From: Prochlorococcus sp. AG-673-L20
GTDB taxonomy: Bacteria > Cyanobacteriota > Cyanobacteriia > PCC-6307 > Cyanobiaceae
DNA length: 64,000 bases
Direction: 5' to 3'
Assembly: GCA_003211135.1 (NCBI GenBank)
Contig: QCTN01000007.1
Location: 200-64,199 of the forward strand
In this document: positions 63,465-64,000 of the stretch, in pieces
Layout of the letters: the number at the start of each line of letters is the position of its first letter
How positions within the stretch are numbered: the stretch's first letter is position 1
Program-made: the position numbers and the translations under genes
Notes under the pieces: generated by a model
What the model was told of the DNA's origin: nothing
What the model saw: only the letters and a program-made list of their open reading frames with translations
Database searches by the model: none

Positions 63465-64000
63465 ATGGCAAATCTTAAAGAAATCAGAGATCGAATTGTT
63501 TCTGTTAAAAACACTAGAAAAATAACAGAAGCTATGAGATTAGTTGCGGCTGCAAAGGTGAGGAGGGCACAAGATCAAGTACTGAAAAGTAGACCTTTCG
63601 CTGACAAACTTGCCCGTGTCCTCGAGAATATTCAATCTAGGGTTCAGTTTGAAGCTGTAGATTCTCCTCTGTTATCCAAAAGGAACGTAAAAACAATCTC
63701 CTTAGTTTGCATAACTGCCGATAGAGGTTTATGTGGGGGATACAATACAAACATAATTAAAAAGGTTGAAATTAGGTACGCAGAGTTGATCAAACAAGGT
63801 TATGAACCTAACTTGATTTTAGTTGGCAAAAAGGCAATAGGTTATTTCCAAAATAGGAAAGATAGATACGTAATAAAAAGTACATTCAAAGAGCTAGAAC
63901 AAGTACCAACAGCTATAGATTCTGAAGGAATAACTAATGATGTCTTAGCCGAATTTTTATCAGAAAACTCAGATAGGGTAGAGATTATATATACCAAATT
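63465..64000 (+). CDS. atpG: ATP synthase F1 subunit gamma, 5' part (runs off window; cyanobacterial atpC)
   Basis: AAGGAG RBS; MANLKEIRDRIVSVKNTRKITEAMRLVAAAK ... ADRGLCGGYN. Confidence 0.98.
   Translation, partial: MANLKEIRDRIVSVKNTRKITEAMRLVAAAKVRRAQDQVLKSRPFADKLARVLENIQSRVQFEAVDSPLLSKRNVKTISLVCITADRGLCGGYNTNIIKKVEIRYAELIKQGYEPNLILVGKKAIGYFQNRKDRYVIKSTFKELEQVPTAIDSEGITNDVLAEFLSENSDRVEIIYTK

Overview
AT-rich, densely packed core-genome segment of a marine picocyanobacterium. Gene content, order and composition point to a high-light-adapted Prochlorococcus (MED4-like); this is an inference, not a database match. Order: str operon (rpsL 3' end, rpsG, fusA, tuf, rpsJ), pheA, rnhB-rne, dapL-clpS, a B12-radical-SAM gene, a GT2/ArnT-like glycosyltransferase pair, infB-ylxR-nusA-rimP, htrA, rpiA, hisD, rpsT-tatD, rpoB/C1/C2, an hli gene, rlmN, a HEAT-repeat gene, a DUF2997-Ycf35-ferredoxin-AKR cluster, the biotin cluster bioF-K-C-D-A, a Ski2-like helicase, fumC-purB, tlyA, glnB, queF, ccs1-ccdA, ftsW and the atp operon (truncated in the gamma subunit). 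I saw no mobile element, CRISPR array, rRNA or tRNA. The most notable items are small or non-coding: two short ORFs missed by the ORF track (an hli and a 41-aa membrane peptide); near-identical NtcA-like boxes upstream of the glnB unit and of the uncharacterised DUF2997-Ycf35-ferredoxin operon; structured leaders or spacers (rne, atp1, ATPC motif, arnT, rpsJ); a tandem palindromic repeat upstream of rpoB; and a probable non-AUG start for ccdA.
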